Source of the DNA: Bacillota bacterium
GTDB lineage: Bacteria > Bacillota > Desulfotomaculia > Desulfotomaculales > Nap2-2B
Reading direction: 5' to 3'
Length of the DNA stretch: 24,000 nucleotides
Assembly: GCA_040755975.1 (NCBI GenBank)
Contig: JBFLZY010000040.1
Location: 1,512-25,511 of the forward strand
A program made the position numbers and the translations under genes. Positions 1-8,027 of the stretch are shown piece after piece (position 1 is the first letter of the stretch; each line of letters starts with the position of its first letter). The notes below the pieces were generated by a model. It did no database searches. It was not told the origin of the DNA and worked only from the letters and a program-made list of their open reading frames with translations.

Positions 1-718
1 AGATAAGGAGCGCGCCGAAGCTGCGCGTCAGCTCCCGCACCCCCTCCAAAAAGCCCGGCCGCGGCGGCACCACGCCCATGTTGCCGGCCACGGGTTCGAT
101 AATGACGGCGGCGATCTCGGCTCCTTCCTGTTCAAAGAGGCGTTCGAGCGTTTCCAGGTCGTTATAGGGGGCGGTCAGCGTGTTCACGGCGACGTCGGGC
201 GGTATCCCGGGACTGGTGGGCACGCCGAAAGTAAGGGCGCCGGAGCCGGCCTTCACCAGCAGGTAATCGGCGTGGCCGTGGTAACACCCGGCAAACTTGA
301 CGATTTTAGCCCGGCCGGTCCAGGCCCGGGCCAGGCGCAGGGCGCTCATCGTCGCTTCCGTTCCCGAGTTGACCAGGCGCACCATTTCGCACGAGGGAAA
401 GGCCGCCACGATGGCCCTGGCCAGTTCGACCTCCAGCTCCGTAGGCGCGCCGAAACTGGTCCCCCGCTCCAGACACCCCGCAAGGGCGGCCATAACTTCC
501 GGATGGCGGTGGCCGAGAATCAGCGGCCCCCACGAACAAACGTAGTCAATGTAACGGTTGCCGTCCACGTCGTAAAGATACGCGCCGTCTCCCCGCGCGA
601 TGAACACGGGGTCCCGGCCGACGGCCTTAAAGGCCCGGACGGGACTGTTTACTCCCCCCGGCAGATAGCGCCGGGCTTCGGCAAACAACTCCGCTGATTT
701 GTTAAACCCGGGGGGCAA
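1..718 (-). CDS. hemL: glutamate-1-semialdehyde 2,1-aminomutase, N-terminal ~239 codons; the gene continues past the left window edge
   Basis: Minus-strand translation from TTG at 718 reads [34 protein letters not shown]...[39 protein letters not shown], the typical HemL N-terminus and PLP-aminomutase core. An in-frame TAA lies 2 codons upstream of the TTG, and a GGGGG Shine-Dalgarno-like run lies ~9 nt upstream. It is missing from the ORF track only because it has no stop in the window. Confidence 0.9.
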   Translation of the reverse strand, partial: MPPGFNKSAELFAEARRYLPGGVNSPVRAFKAVGRDPVFIARGDGAYLYDVDGNRYIDYVCSWGPLILGHRHPEVMAALAGCLERGTSFGAPTELEVELARAIVAAFPSCEMVRLVNSGTEATMSALRLARAWTGRAKIVKFAGCYHGHADYLLVKAGSGALTFGVPTSPGIPPDVAVNTLTAPYNDLETLERLFEQEGAEIAAVIIEPVAGNMGVVPPRPGFLEGVRELTRSFGALLI

Positions 719-920
719 GGCTCTTTACCCCCTGTTCCGCACTTTTATCCTGCCTTTCCGACAAGAGGACGCCTCCTTTTGCAAGCATGTCCCGACTGGT
801 TTCCACGAAGTGGATAGTGATCCATTCCGGATCTACGCCTGCTTCTTCTGCAATTACTTTAAAAAATATTTCATACTGCTCTTCTTCAGTTCGGCCGTAC
901 TGAACAGGAGCTGATAGTCG
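702..920 (-). pseudogene. 4-oxalocrotonate tautomerase-family remnant that lacks its start codon and N-terminal Pro1 segment
   Basis: A minus-strand frame different from ahbB reads ..PVQYGRTEEEQYEIFFKVIAEEAGVDPEWITIHFVETSRDMLAKGGVLLSERQ.. This resembles the tautomerase pattern (EGRTxEQK...GVxPExIxVxIxE...GG). The frame opens right after a TAG at 921-923, has no ATG/GTG/TTG before the GRT motif, and overlaps the ahbB 3' end. Confidence 0.35.
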
Positions 921-1324
921 CTAACGCCCGCGGCCTCCGCGATCCGGGCGGCTGCTTCGCGGCACTGCTCCTCCGTCCGGCCGTGCAAAACGACATACAA
1001 ATTATAGGGCCACCCGGGAGCACGGGCCCGCTCGTAACAATGGGTCACTTCCGGAAAAGAAGCCATTATCCGCCCTACTTCCGGCACCCGCTCGTCCGGC
1101 ACCCGCCAAACCACCATGGCGTTGGCCACGTAACCCAGATCCTGATGCCGCACGGCGGCGCCAAATCGGCGGATGACGCCGCGCTCAATAAGTTCCCGTA
1201 CCCTGGCCAGCACTTCCGCTTCGCTCATCCCCAGTTTTTGGGCAATCGCCAGAAAAGGTCGCTTGACCAGGGGCAGGCCTTCCTGAAGTTCGCGCACAAG
1301 CGCCCGATCCAGTTTATTCAACAT
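854..1324 (-). CDS. ahbB: siroheme decarboxylase subunit, AsnC/Lrp-like fold (NirD/L/G/H = AhbA/AhbB family); the A versus B assignment is by gene order only
   Basis: 156 aa. N-terminal HTH (LDRALVRELQEGLPLVKRPFLAIAQKLGMSEAEVLARVRELIERGVIRRFGA), then a ligand-domain ending LFSTAELKKSSMKYF, typical of this family. It sits in an operon with radical SAM NirJ-type genes and the hem genes. Confidence 0.75.
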   Translation of the reverse strand: MLNKLDRALVRELQEGLPLVKRPFLAIAQKLGMSEAEVLARVRELIERGVIRRFGAAVRHQDLGYVANAMVVWRVPDERVPEVGRIMASFPEVTHCYERARAPGWPYNLYVVLHGRTEEQCREAAARIAEAAGVSDYQLLFSTAELKKSSMKYFLK

Positions 1325-1332
1325 GCCGCTCC

Positions 1333-1785
1333 TTAAGCAAGGTCGAAATTAACCCGGATTTTAAAAATATTGACGGCGGGCAGGACAAGACATTCGTTTA
1401 TACCCGTGCGCTCTTTAATTTCCCGGAGAGTTTCGTTCAGCCCGGCTTCCGACCCGGCCAGGATGGTAAACCACATGTTATATTCGTGATCCCGCAGATA
1501 GTTATGGGTTACGCCCGGGTGCCTGTTCACCTCGGCGGCCACCTCCGCAACGCGCTCCGCGGGCACTTTGAAAGCGCAGAGCGTTCCCACGTAACCCACC
1601 TTCCGGGAATCAAAAATGGCCCCCAGCCGCCTGATGATTTTCGCTTCGATCAGCCGCCGCAGGCGGCCGATCACTTCTTCCTCGGCAACTCCCAATTCCT
1701 GCGCCAGTTCGCGGTAAGGTTCCGGCGCCACCGGCAAGCGCGTCTGCACCAGGTTCAACAGGCGCCTGTCCAGTTCGTCCAACAT
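1333..1785 (-). CDS. ahbA: siroheme decarboxylase subunit, AsnC/Lrp-like fold (AhbA/AhbB family)
   Basis: 150 aa, a paralog of the downstream gene (LDRRLLNLVQTRLPVAPEPYRELAQELGVAEEEVIGRLRRLIEAKIIRRLGA ... GVTHNY). A GGGGAGAAG RBS lies ~10 nt upstream of the ATG at 1785. Confidence 0.75.
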   Translation of the reverse strand: MLDELDRRLLNLVQTRLPVAPEPYRELAQELGVAEEEVIGRLRRLIEAKIIRRLGAIFDSRKVGYVGTLCAFKVPAERVAEVAAEVNRHPGVTHNYLRDHEYNMWFTILAGSEAGLNETLREIKERTGINECLVLPAVNIFKIRVNFDLA

Positions 1786-1800
1786 TAAAGATCAGCTTCT

Positions 1801-1856
1801 CCCCTGAAAATAGATCCTGGCTTGCCGTCCGTTTGCCGTCGCTCCGATACTTCGGG
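1801..1856 (+). repeat. copy A of a ~55-nt intra-operon repeat (CCCTGAAAATAG ... CGTTTGCCGTCGCTCCGAT.CTTC)
   Basis: It aligns with 4214-4268. The CCCTGAAAA(A)TAG head matches, and the 19-mer cgtttgccgtcgctccgat plus cttc match exactly. The middle part is about half conserved. Confidence 0.8.
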
Positions 1857-2080
1857 CCGACGAGACAGCGGCTTGGTTCGGAGCGAACCAGGCAGCGCTG
1901 CAAAATGCGCGTGATCCATTAGTCCTTTTGCTCCACTTTGACTTACCGGCATCTCCTGTTTCTTCTTTAGCATAGTGTAAACTAGCGCGTTTCGCGCTGC
2001 CGGTTCGCTGACCTCACCTGCGCCGTGTCTCGTTACCGGCCCTTCGCATATGTCGCTCCTGGCAAAGCGGACGGCAAGCC
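1819..2080. repeat. long imperfect inverted repeat (arms ~80 nt, central ~95 nt), MITE-like or a large RNA hairpin
   Basis: Complementary blocks were read by eye. They are 1819-1837 ggcttgccgtccgtttgcc with 2061-2080 ggcaaagcggacggcaagcc, gggccg with cggccc, acgagaca with tgtctcgt, 1882-1889 agcgaacc with 2002-2009 ggttcgct, and 1891-1898 ggcagcgc with 1994-2001 gcgctgcc. Bulges and internal loops lie between the blocks. Confidence 0.75.
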
Positions 2081-3150
2081 GGCGGTTTTTGTTCTTTATG
2101 GTGGAAACGAACGCTCCCATGAGCAACTCCCTCGAAAATTGGGCTTTCGTTATCCGACTCTCCGCCTTCCGACCCCCGATAATCGCACCAGGGCTCCTCG
2201 GCCATGTAATCCCCGGTGTAAAAGTACGCACGCGCCCGGCAGCCGCCGCAGATTTTCCGGTACGCGCAGGCGCCGCAGGCGCCCTGGTAGGCGCCGGAAC
2301 GAAGCCTGTGCAACACCGGGTGATCCCGCCACAGTTCGCTAAAACGAACCTCCCGGACGTTTCCCAGCTGGATGTTCAGGTAAGCGCAGGGCTGGACGTT
2401 TCCCTGCGGGTCGATGATACAGTAGGCAACGCCGGCCAGGCAGCCGCGGGTGAACCGGGTCTTGATCCCCAGCTGCCGGGCTATGCGCATAAACTGGGGA
2501 GCGCAGGTCGGCTTCAGTTCGATGTCTACCTGCAGCTGTTTTTGCAGAATTCGGCGCAACAAGTCTTCGTACTGGGCGGAGCGCAATGATTCCTCTTCAA
2601 TATTTACCGCCCGGCCGGTGGGCACCAGGAAGAAAATGTGGTGTGCCCGGGCCCCTTTTTCCACGGCAAAGTCGGTTAAATCCTCTATCTCCCGGTAGTT
2701 CCAGTCGACCACGGTGGTATTCACCTGGAAGGGCAGGCCCGCCTCGCGGCAGACCCGCATTCCTTCCACCGCCGCCTGCCAGGCGCCGGGGGAGCCGCGC
2801 CAGTGGTCGTGGCGCCCGGGATCGACGCTGTCCAGGCTGATGCCCATGACCTGGGCGCCGGCTTCTTTCAACCGGCGGGCCGTCGCCGGGGTCAGCAGGG
2901 TGCCGTTGGTACCGAAGACGGGCCGCAAGCCTGATTTGTGCGCGTGTTCTACCAGAGTATGGATATCGGGGCGCAAAAGCGGTTCGCCGCCGCTGAAAAT
3001 CATTACTTTAAACCCCGCCCGGACAATCTCTTCAATTAAGGCCAGCCCTTCGGCGGTGGTCAGTTCTTCGCCGGCTTTGTCTTTCGCGTCGCGGTAGCAG
3101 TGCCGGCAACGCAGGTTGCATTCGTTGGTGGTGTTCCAGGAGATGATCAT
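2014..3150 (-). CDS. ahbC: radical SAM enzyme of the NirJ/AhbC/AhbD family; tentatively AhbC-like (didecarboxysiroheme to Fe-coproporphyrin III)
   Basis: 378-aa ORF. The CX3CX2C motif sits at the N-terminus (NECNLRCRHCY), followed by GGEPLL, and there is a C-terminal Cys-rich SPASM-like region (CGACAYRKICGGCRARAY...PWC). The last ~50 codons after ..EEPWCDYRG are encoded by repeat copy C and the right arm of the long inverted repeat, so the native C-terminus is uncertain. The AhbC versus AhbD assignment is tentative. Confidence 0.7.
   Translation of the reverse strand: MIISWNTTNECNLRCRHCYRDAKDKAGEELTTAEGLALIEEIVRAGFKVMIFSGGEPLLRPDIHTLVEHAHKSGLRPVFGTNGTLLTPATARRLKEAGAQVMGISLDSVDPGRHDHWRGSPGAWQAAVEGMRVCREAGLPFQVNTTVVDWNYREIEDLTDFAVEKGARAHHIFFLVPTGRAVNIEEESLRSAQYEDLLRRILQKQLQVDIELKPTCAPQFMRIARQLGIKTRFTRGCLAGVAYCIIDPQGNVQPCAYLNIQLGNVREVRFSELWRDHPVLHRLRSGAYQGACGACAYRKICGGCRARAYFYTGDYMAEEPWCDYRGSEGGESDNESPIFEGVAHGSVRFHHKEQKPPACRPLCQERHMRRAGNETRRR
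2127..2166 (+). repeat. diverged copy C of the intra-operon repeat
   Basis: ctccctcgaaaattgggctttcg..ccgactctccgcc parallels copy B ctaccctgaaaaataggctttcg..ccgtcgctccga. The reading frame relative to the overlapping ORF differs between copies, so the conservation is at nucleotide level. Confidence 0.55.
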
Positions 3151-3159
3151 TAGTTACGT

Positions 3160-4146
3160 TTACCCTTCCTCACCGGAGTTTAGCCAGCGGGCGGCGTCTT
3201 TGGCGTGGTAGGTCAAGATGAGGTCGGCGCCGGCGCGCTTGATGGCCGTCAGGATTTCCAAAACAACGGCGCGCTCCTCACACCACCCTTTTTGGGCCGC
3301 CGCCTTGACCATGGCGTACTCCCCGCTGACGTTGTAGGCGGCCACCGGGCAGTCAAACCTGTCCTTAACCTGGCGGACAATGTCCAGGTAGGCCAGCGCG
3401 GGCTTGACCATCACGATGTCGGCCCCTTCTTGAATATCCAGCTGCACCTCCCGTAACGCTTCCCGGGCGTTGGGGAAGTCCATCTGGTAGGATTTGCGGT
3501 CCCCGAACTGCGGGGCCGAGCCGGCGGCTTCCCGGAACGGGCCGTAAAAGGCGGAGGCGTACTTGGCCGAATAAGCCATGATGGGCGTCTGGGCGTACCC
3601 CGCCGCGTCCAGCGCTTCCCGGATGGCCTTCACCCGGCCGTCCATCATGTCGGATGGGGCGACCATATCCGCGCCCGCCCGGGCGTGGGAAACGGCGGTG
3701 CGGGCCAGCAGTTCCAGGGTGGGGTCGTTGAGCACCCGCCCGTTTTCAACCACGCCGCAGTGCCCGTGGCTGGTGTACTCGCACAGGCAGACGTCGGTAA
3801 TCACCGCCAGTTCCGGCAGTTCCTTTTTAATGGCGCGGACTGCCTGCTGCACGATGCCTTCGTCGGCGTAGGCTTCCGAAGCGGCCTCGTCTTTTTGGGC
3901 GGGGATGCCGAAGATGAGGACCGCCATCACGCCCAGTGCCCTGGCTTCCGCCAGTTCCGCCAGCAGCGTGTCAATGGAAAAATTATCTACCCCGGGCATT
4001 GCTTCAACGGCCCGGCGTACTCCCCGGCCGTGGGTCACGAAGACGGGATAAATGAGATCGTCCACCGCCAGCCGGGTTTCCCGGACCATCCGGCGCAAAC
4101 GTTCATTGGCCCGCAGCCGGCGAAGACGTGTAACCGGGTAACCCAT
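3160..4146 (-). CDS. hemB: porphobilinogen synthase (delta-aminolevulinate dehydratase), Zn-type
   Basis: 328 aa. It reads [28 protein letters not shown] and has the cysteine triad [14 protein letters not shown]. It also has the active-site Lys contexts (..MVKPAL.. and SGEYAM). An AGGGGG RBS lies upstream of the ATG at 4146. Confidence 0.95.
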   Translation of the reverse strand: MGYPVTRLRRLRANERLRRMVRETRLAVDDLIYPVFVTHGRGVRRAVEAMPGVDNFSIDTLLAELAEARALGVMAVLIFGIPAQKDEAASEAYADEGIVQQAVRAIKKELPELAVITDVCLCEYTSHGHCGVVENGRVLNDPTLELLARTAVSHARAGADMVAPSDMMDGRVKAIREALDAAGYAQTPIMAYSAKYASAFYGPFREAAGSAPQFGDRKSYQMDFPNAREALREVQLDIQEGADIVMVKPALAYLDIVRQVKDRFDCPVAAYNVSGEYAMVKAAAQKGWCEERAVVLEILTAIKRAGADLILTYHAKDAARWLNSGEEG

Positions 4147-4158
4147 TGTTTACCCCCT

Positions 4159-4268
4159 ACTCTGAAAATAAATTTTCATCGTCTGATGGTGCCGCTTGCG
4201 GCATGGGGAACTACCCTGAAAAATAGGCTTTCGCCCGCCGTTCGTTTGCCGTCGCTCCGATGCTTCTT
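4159..4268 (+). repeat. half-copy (4159-4179), a GC hairpin (tgccgcttgcggca), and full copy B (4214-4268) of the intra-operon repeat
   Basis: ctactctgaaaataaattttc and ctaccctgaaaaataggctttc are direct repeats. Copy B shares the exact 19-mer cgtttgccgtcgctccgat with copy A. Copy B supplies the last ~20 codons and the TAG stop of the upstream radical SAM ORF. Confidence 0.8.
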
Positions 4269-5437
4269 GGCTTAATCTCTTCATCATGCAAATAACAGGC
4301 CGGATCGGGCGCCCAGTAATCGCCGTAAACGGCCTCGGCGCGCCCGCGGGAGTTGCCGTTGCAGATCTCCAGGAAGCGGCACCTGGCGCAGCGCCCCTTC
4401 AGCAGGCCGGGCCGGTTCCGCAATCCGGCCAGGACGGGATGGGAAACGTCCTGCCAGATTTCGCTGAATTTACGTTCTCTTATATTACCAAAAGTATGGT
4501 TAAATGTAAACTGATCCGGGTGAACATTTCCTTCCCAATCAACGGCCCCGATGGCGACGCCGCAGCGGTTGCCCCCGTTGCAGCGCAGCAGCCGGTAGGC
4601 GCTTTCAGCCCGGTCCCGGTCCTCCCGGGCTAAACGCAGGTACAGGTACGCTCCGTCGGCGTGGTTGTTCACCGTGAGCACTTCCACGTTTTTGCCGCGG
4701 CGGCAAAAATCCAGCGTCTTTTCGATAATTAAATCCATTGCCCGGCGGCGCTCCCGGTTTGTTACGTCCTGGTCGATCATGGCACTGCCGCGGCCGGCGT
4801 AGGCCAGGTGGTAGAAACAGATCCGTTCAATGCCCTCGCGGTCAGCCAGGGCAAAGATGGCGTCCAGTTCGTCCAGGTTGTGCCGGCTAATGGTAAGACG
4901 CAGCCCCACTTTTTGCCCCGCCGCCAGGCAGTTCCGGATGCCCTGCAGGGCGGCGTCGAAAGCTCCGCTGCACCCCCGGAAGGCATCGTTGTTTTCCCCG
5001 ACACCGTCTAAACTGATGCCCACGTAACTGACCCCGTGATCCTTAATTTTGCGCGCCAGCTCACGCGTAATCAACGTGCCGTTGGTGGAAACGGTCAGGC
5101 GCAGGCCCAGGGAAGCGGCGTACGCGGCCAGCTCGAAGAAATCCGGCCGGAGCAGGGGCTCCCCTCCGGAAAGCAGCAACGCCGGAACGCGCAAGGCGGC
5201 CAGATCGGCAAGCAGCTTTTTGGCTTCCCCGGTGGTCAGTTCATTGGCCGCCGCCCGGCTGCCCGCCGCCGCGTAGCAGTGCCGGCAGCGCAGGTTGCAG
5301 GCGCGCGTCATGTTCCAGGCAACCACCGGCCCCAATCCTTGCGCCGCGCCGCTGCTCTGGCGCCGCGCGGTTTCGTTGTACCGCAGGGTGTCGCCGAAGT
5401 TTTGGGAATCACAGAGCAGTTTTGTCACGCTAAGCAT
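4211..5437 (-). CDS. ahbD: radical SAM enzyme of the NirJ/AhbC/AhbD family; tentatively AhbD-like (heme synthase)
   Basis: 408 aa. The CX3CX2C motif is at C47/C51/C54 (TRACNLRCRHCY), followed by SGGEPLL. The C-terminal motif is CARCRFLEIC-X21-C (CX2CX5CX21C), the auxiliary-cluster pattern I recall for AhbD; that recollection is the basis for the assignment. The tail after ..CYLHDEEI is encoded by repeat copy B. There is a 13-nt overlap with the upstream cobA/hemD. Confidence 0.7.
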   Translation of the reverse strand: MLSVTKLLCDSQNFGDTLRYNETARRQSSGAAQGLGPVVAWNMTRACNLRCRHCYAAAGSRAAANELTTGEAKKLLADLAALRVPALLLSGGEPLLRPDFFELAAYAASLGLRLTVSTNGTLITRELARKIKDHGVSYVGISLDGVGENNDAFRGCSGAFDAALQGIRNCLAAGQKVGLRLTISRHNLDELDAIFALADREGIERICFYHLAYAGRGSAMIDQDVTNRERRRAMDLIIEKTLDFCRRGKNVEVLTVNNHADGAYLYLRLAREDRDRAESAYRLLRCNGGNRCGVAIGAVDWEGNVHPDQFTFNHTFGNIRERKFSEIWQDVSHPVLAGLRNRPGLLKGRCARCRFLEICNGNSRGRAEAVYGDYWAPDPACYLHDEEIKPRSIGATANERRAKAYFSG

Positions 5438-6993
5438 CTTTCATCCCCGAATCTTTCCAGGATCGCCTCGACCAGCCCCTCGATGGTGTACTCTGCGGCC
5501 ACCACGGCCACCTTTAGCCCCAGTTCTTCCGCCGTTTGGGCCGTGACCGGCCCGATGCAGGCGACGCCAACGCCGGCAAGGAGCCGGGGCAAGTCTTTTT
5601 CACCCAGAAGATCTGCAAAGTAACGCACCGTAGAAGAACTGGTAAAGGTGACCACGTGAACGCGCCCCCGCTCGAGATACTCCCTGACCAGCTCCCGGCC
5701 CCGCCCGTCCATTACCGTGCGGTAAGCCGCCACTTCCTCCACGGCGGCGCCGATGGCTCCCGCCAGCGCCTCTCTTAAAAAGGGGCGGGCAATGTCCGCC
5801 CTGGGGAGCAGGATGCGCTGCCCGGGCTGAACTTTCTCCGCCAGACCGGCGACAATCGCCTCCGCCCTGTATTCCCCGGGCATAAAAGCAACCTTCAGGC
5901 CACGGGCGGCCAGCGCCCGGCGGGTCGCCGGGCCGATCGCCCCGATCCTTACGCCCTTTAAATCACGGATATCCCGGCCTATTTGAACGAGCCTTCCGAA
6001 AAAGAACTGCACGCCGTTCACGCTGGTGAAAATAAGCCAGTCGTAGTGTTCGATCCTGGCAATGGCCCCGTCCAGGGGGGCATAGTCGCCGGGCGGAGCG
6101 ATTTTGATCGTGGGAAATTCCAGTGTTTCGGCGCCCAGGGAACGCAGGGCGCCGGACAGGGCGCCGGCCTGAGCGGCCGCCCGGGTAACCAGCACGCGCT
6201 TTCCGAACAGGGGCTTATTTTCCACCCACCGGAGCTTGTCCCGCAAACCCGCCACTTCTCCCACGACGATCACCGCCGGGTTGGCAAAACCGGCCTCTTC
6301 CGCCTGCCTGGCGATACCGGCCAGTGTCCCCGTCAGAACCTGCTGCTCCGCCCAGGTGCCCCAGCGGATCAGGGCAACGGGGGTGCCGGGCGCGCGCCCG
6401 TGCGCGAGCAAACGGGAGGCAATGGCCTCCAGGTTCGCCATCCCCATTAAGAATACCAGGGTGCCCGCCCCGGTGGCTATCTTCTCCCAGACAATCCGGG
6501 AATTTTTTTTCGCCGGGTCTTCATTGCCCGTAACGATGGCAACCGTGGAGGTAAAATCACGGTGCGTCACCGGGATGCCGGCGTAGGCCGGCGCGGCGAC
6601 GGCGGAGGTAACCCCGGGCACAACCTCAAAGGGGACGCCGTTTTCCGCCAGGACCTCCGCTTCCTCCCCGCCACGCCCGAAAACAAAAGGGTCGCCCCCT
6701 TTCAGCCGGACCACCGCCGCCCCTTTTTTCGCCCTCTCAACAAGCAGGGAATTGATTTCCTCCTGGGACAGGGCATGGCCCGCAGGGCTTTTTCCCGCGT
6801 AAATAACCTCCGCCCCGGGGTGCACCAGGGAAAGCAAGGCCGGGTTCACCAGCCGGTCGTAAACGACCACGTCGGCTTTTTCAAGAACTTCCCGCCCCTT
6901 TAAGGTCAACAGGCCCGGATCGCCTGGGCCCGCTCCTACCAGGTAAACTATTCCTGCCCCCATCCATCCTGCTCCTCTGCAAACAGAATCCAA
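5425..6993 (-). CDS. cobA/hemD: bifunctional uroporphyrinogen-III C-methyltransferase / uroporphyrinogen-III synthase fusion
   Basis: The N-terminal half has the SUMT signature VYLVGAGPGDPGLLTLKG...GGDPFVFGRGGEE. The C-terminal half is HemD-like (KRVLVTRA..., two pseudo-repeat halves). The ORF-track start is TTG at 6993. The ATG at 6963 is the more likely start, being preceded by GAGGAG 8 nt upstream and giving MGAGIVYLVGAGPGD. Confidence 0.9.
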   Translation of the reverse strand: MDSVCRGAGWMGAGIVYLVGAGPGDPGLLTLKGREVLEKADVVVYDRLVNPALLSLVHPGAEVIYAGKSPAGHALSQEEINSLLVERAKKGAAVVRLKGGDPFVFGRGGEEAEVLAENGVPFEVVPGVTSAVAAPAYAGIPVTHRDFTSTVAIVTGNEDPAKKNSRIVWEKIATGAGTLVFLMGMANLEAIASRLLAHGRAPGTPVALIRWGTWAEQQVLTGTLAGIARQAEEAGFANPAVIVVGEVAGLRDKLRWVENKPLFGKRVLVTRAAAQAGALSGALRSLGAETLEFPTIKIAPPGDYAPLDGAIARIEHYDWLIFTSVNGVQFFFGRLVQIGRDIRDLKGVRIGAIGPATRRALAARGLKVAFMPGEYRAEAIVAGLAEKVQPGQRILLPRADIARPFLREALAGAIGAAVEEVAAYRTVMDGRGRELVREYLERGRVHVVTFTSSSTVRYFADLLGEKDLPRLLAGVGVACIGPVTAQTAEELGLKVAVVAAEYTIEGLVEAILERFGDERCLA

Positions 6994-7018
6994 ATTACCA
7001 TGATCATGCAGCAGGTTA

Positions 7019-7049
7019 AATAAGTTTAGTGCCTGGCACTTAACTTATT
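7019..7049. repeat. palindromic intercistronic element P1 (aataagtttagtgcc t ggcacttaacttatt)
   Basis: 15-nt arms with 1 mismatch. It overlaps the hemC stop codon (7048-7050). It is nearly identical to P2 at 7998-8027. Confidence 0.85.
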
Positions 7050-7983
7050 ATAATCCAAACTCCCGTCGTACCTGCTCTAAAATTGCGCCGGCGCCTTTGG
7101 CCAGCATCCGTGCAGCCAGCTCCTCCCCCAAGGCGACGGCTTCTTCCGGGGGACCGCCGACGCTCTCCCTTATATAACGCCGCCCATCAAGGGTAAGCAC
7201 TATGCCTTCCAGTTGCAGGGCCCCGTTTTCAACCTTGCCGAGGGCGCCGATGGGAACCTGGCAGCCCCCTTCCAGCTTCCTTAAAAAAGCCCGCTCGGCA
7301 GTGATGGCCGGATGTGCCGCGGGGTCGTCCAGCCCAGCAAGCAATTGCCGGATCTCCTCATCGCCTTCCCTGATTTCCACCCCGACCGAACCCTGCCCGA
7401 CGGCGGGCAGGCAGATGGAAAAAGGTATTTTCTGGGTGATCGCGCGCTCCACGCCCAGCCGGCAGACCCCGGCGTACGCCAGCACCAGCCCGTCCAGTTG
7501 CTGTCCGGCCAGCTTGCGCAGGCGGGTGGTGAGATTTCCGCGGACGTCAACTATTTGCAAATCGGGGCGAAAACGCAGCAACTGCGCCTTGCGGCGCAGG
7601 CTGGACGTGCCGAGGCGCGCCCCCGGCGGCAATTCCTGCAAAGTCAGCATCCGCCTGGAGATCAACACGTCCCCCGGATACTCCCGGCGGCAAATTGCTC
7701 CAATCGTCAATCCCGGCGGCAGGCGCGTGGGGAGGTCCTTCATGCTGTGCACCGCCAGGTCGCATTCCCCGGCCAGCAGGGCGTTTTCCAGTTCCTTGGT
7801 AAAGAGCCCCTTGTCGCCGATTTTCGCCAGGGGTACGTCCAGAATGCGGTCGCCTTTGGTCTTCATCCCGACGATCCGGAAACGGCGCCCAGGGTAACGC
7901 TGCTTCAGTTGTTCCACCACCCATTGGGCCTGCCAGAGGGCCAGCCTGCTTTGCCGGCTGCCCACCACGATCTCCTTGTGCAC
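7048..7983 (-). CDS. hemC: hydroxymethylbilane synthase (porphobilinogen deaminase)
   Basis: 311 aa, reading IVVGSRQSRLALWQAQWV...GDRILD..LAKIGDKGLFTKELE..DLAVHSMKD..RGNL.TRL.KL. It has a GTG start with an AGGAGG RBS (7991-7996 on the complement). Confidence 0.95.
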   Translation of the reverse strand: MHKEIVVGSRQSRLALWQAQWVVEQLKQRYPGRRFRIVGMKTKGDRILDVPLAKIGDKGLFTKELENALLAGECDLAVHSMKDLPTRLPPGLTIGAICRREYPGDVLISRRMLTLQELPPGARLGTSSLRRKAQLLRFRPDLQIVDVRGNLTTRLRKLAGQQLDGLVLAYAGVCRLGVERAITQKIPFSICLPAVGQGSVGVEIREGDEEIRQLLAGLDDPAAHPAITAERAFLRKLEGGCQVPIGALGKVENGALQLEGIVLTLDGRRYIRESVGGPPEEAVALGEELAARMLAKGAGAILEQVRREFGL

Positions 7984-7997
7984 CGATCTTCCTCCTG

Positions 7998-8027
7998 ATA
8001 AGTTAAGTGCCTGGCACCTTAACTTAT
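7998..8027. repeat. palindromic intercistronic element P2 (ataagttaagtgcc t ggcaccttaacttat)
   Basis: 14-nt arms with one bulged C. It lies exactly between the hemA stop (8028-8030) and the hemC RBS. Confidence 0.85.

Noticed and set aside
699-914. 71-aa plus-strand ORF in the ahbB-hemL spacer.
   Set aside because: The opposite strand carries the tautomerase-like homology and the ahbB 3' end. The plus-strand product has no recognisable features.
1785-2231. 148-aa minus-strand ORF, or its shorter version from the ATG at 2120 preceded by GGGAG, spanning the region between the radical SAM gene and ahbA.
   Set aside because: It is encoded entirely by the long inverted repeat and the repeat copies. 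It is Arg-rich with no recognisable domain. The shared repeat core is read in different frames in different copies. It is most likely non-coding.
7031-8020. TGGCAC inside both hemC-flanking palindromes resembles the sigma-54 -24 element.
   Set aside because: There is no TTGC-type -12 element at the correct spacing (TTAT/TTAA instead). The motif is part of a perfect palindrome and sits inside an operon.
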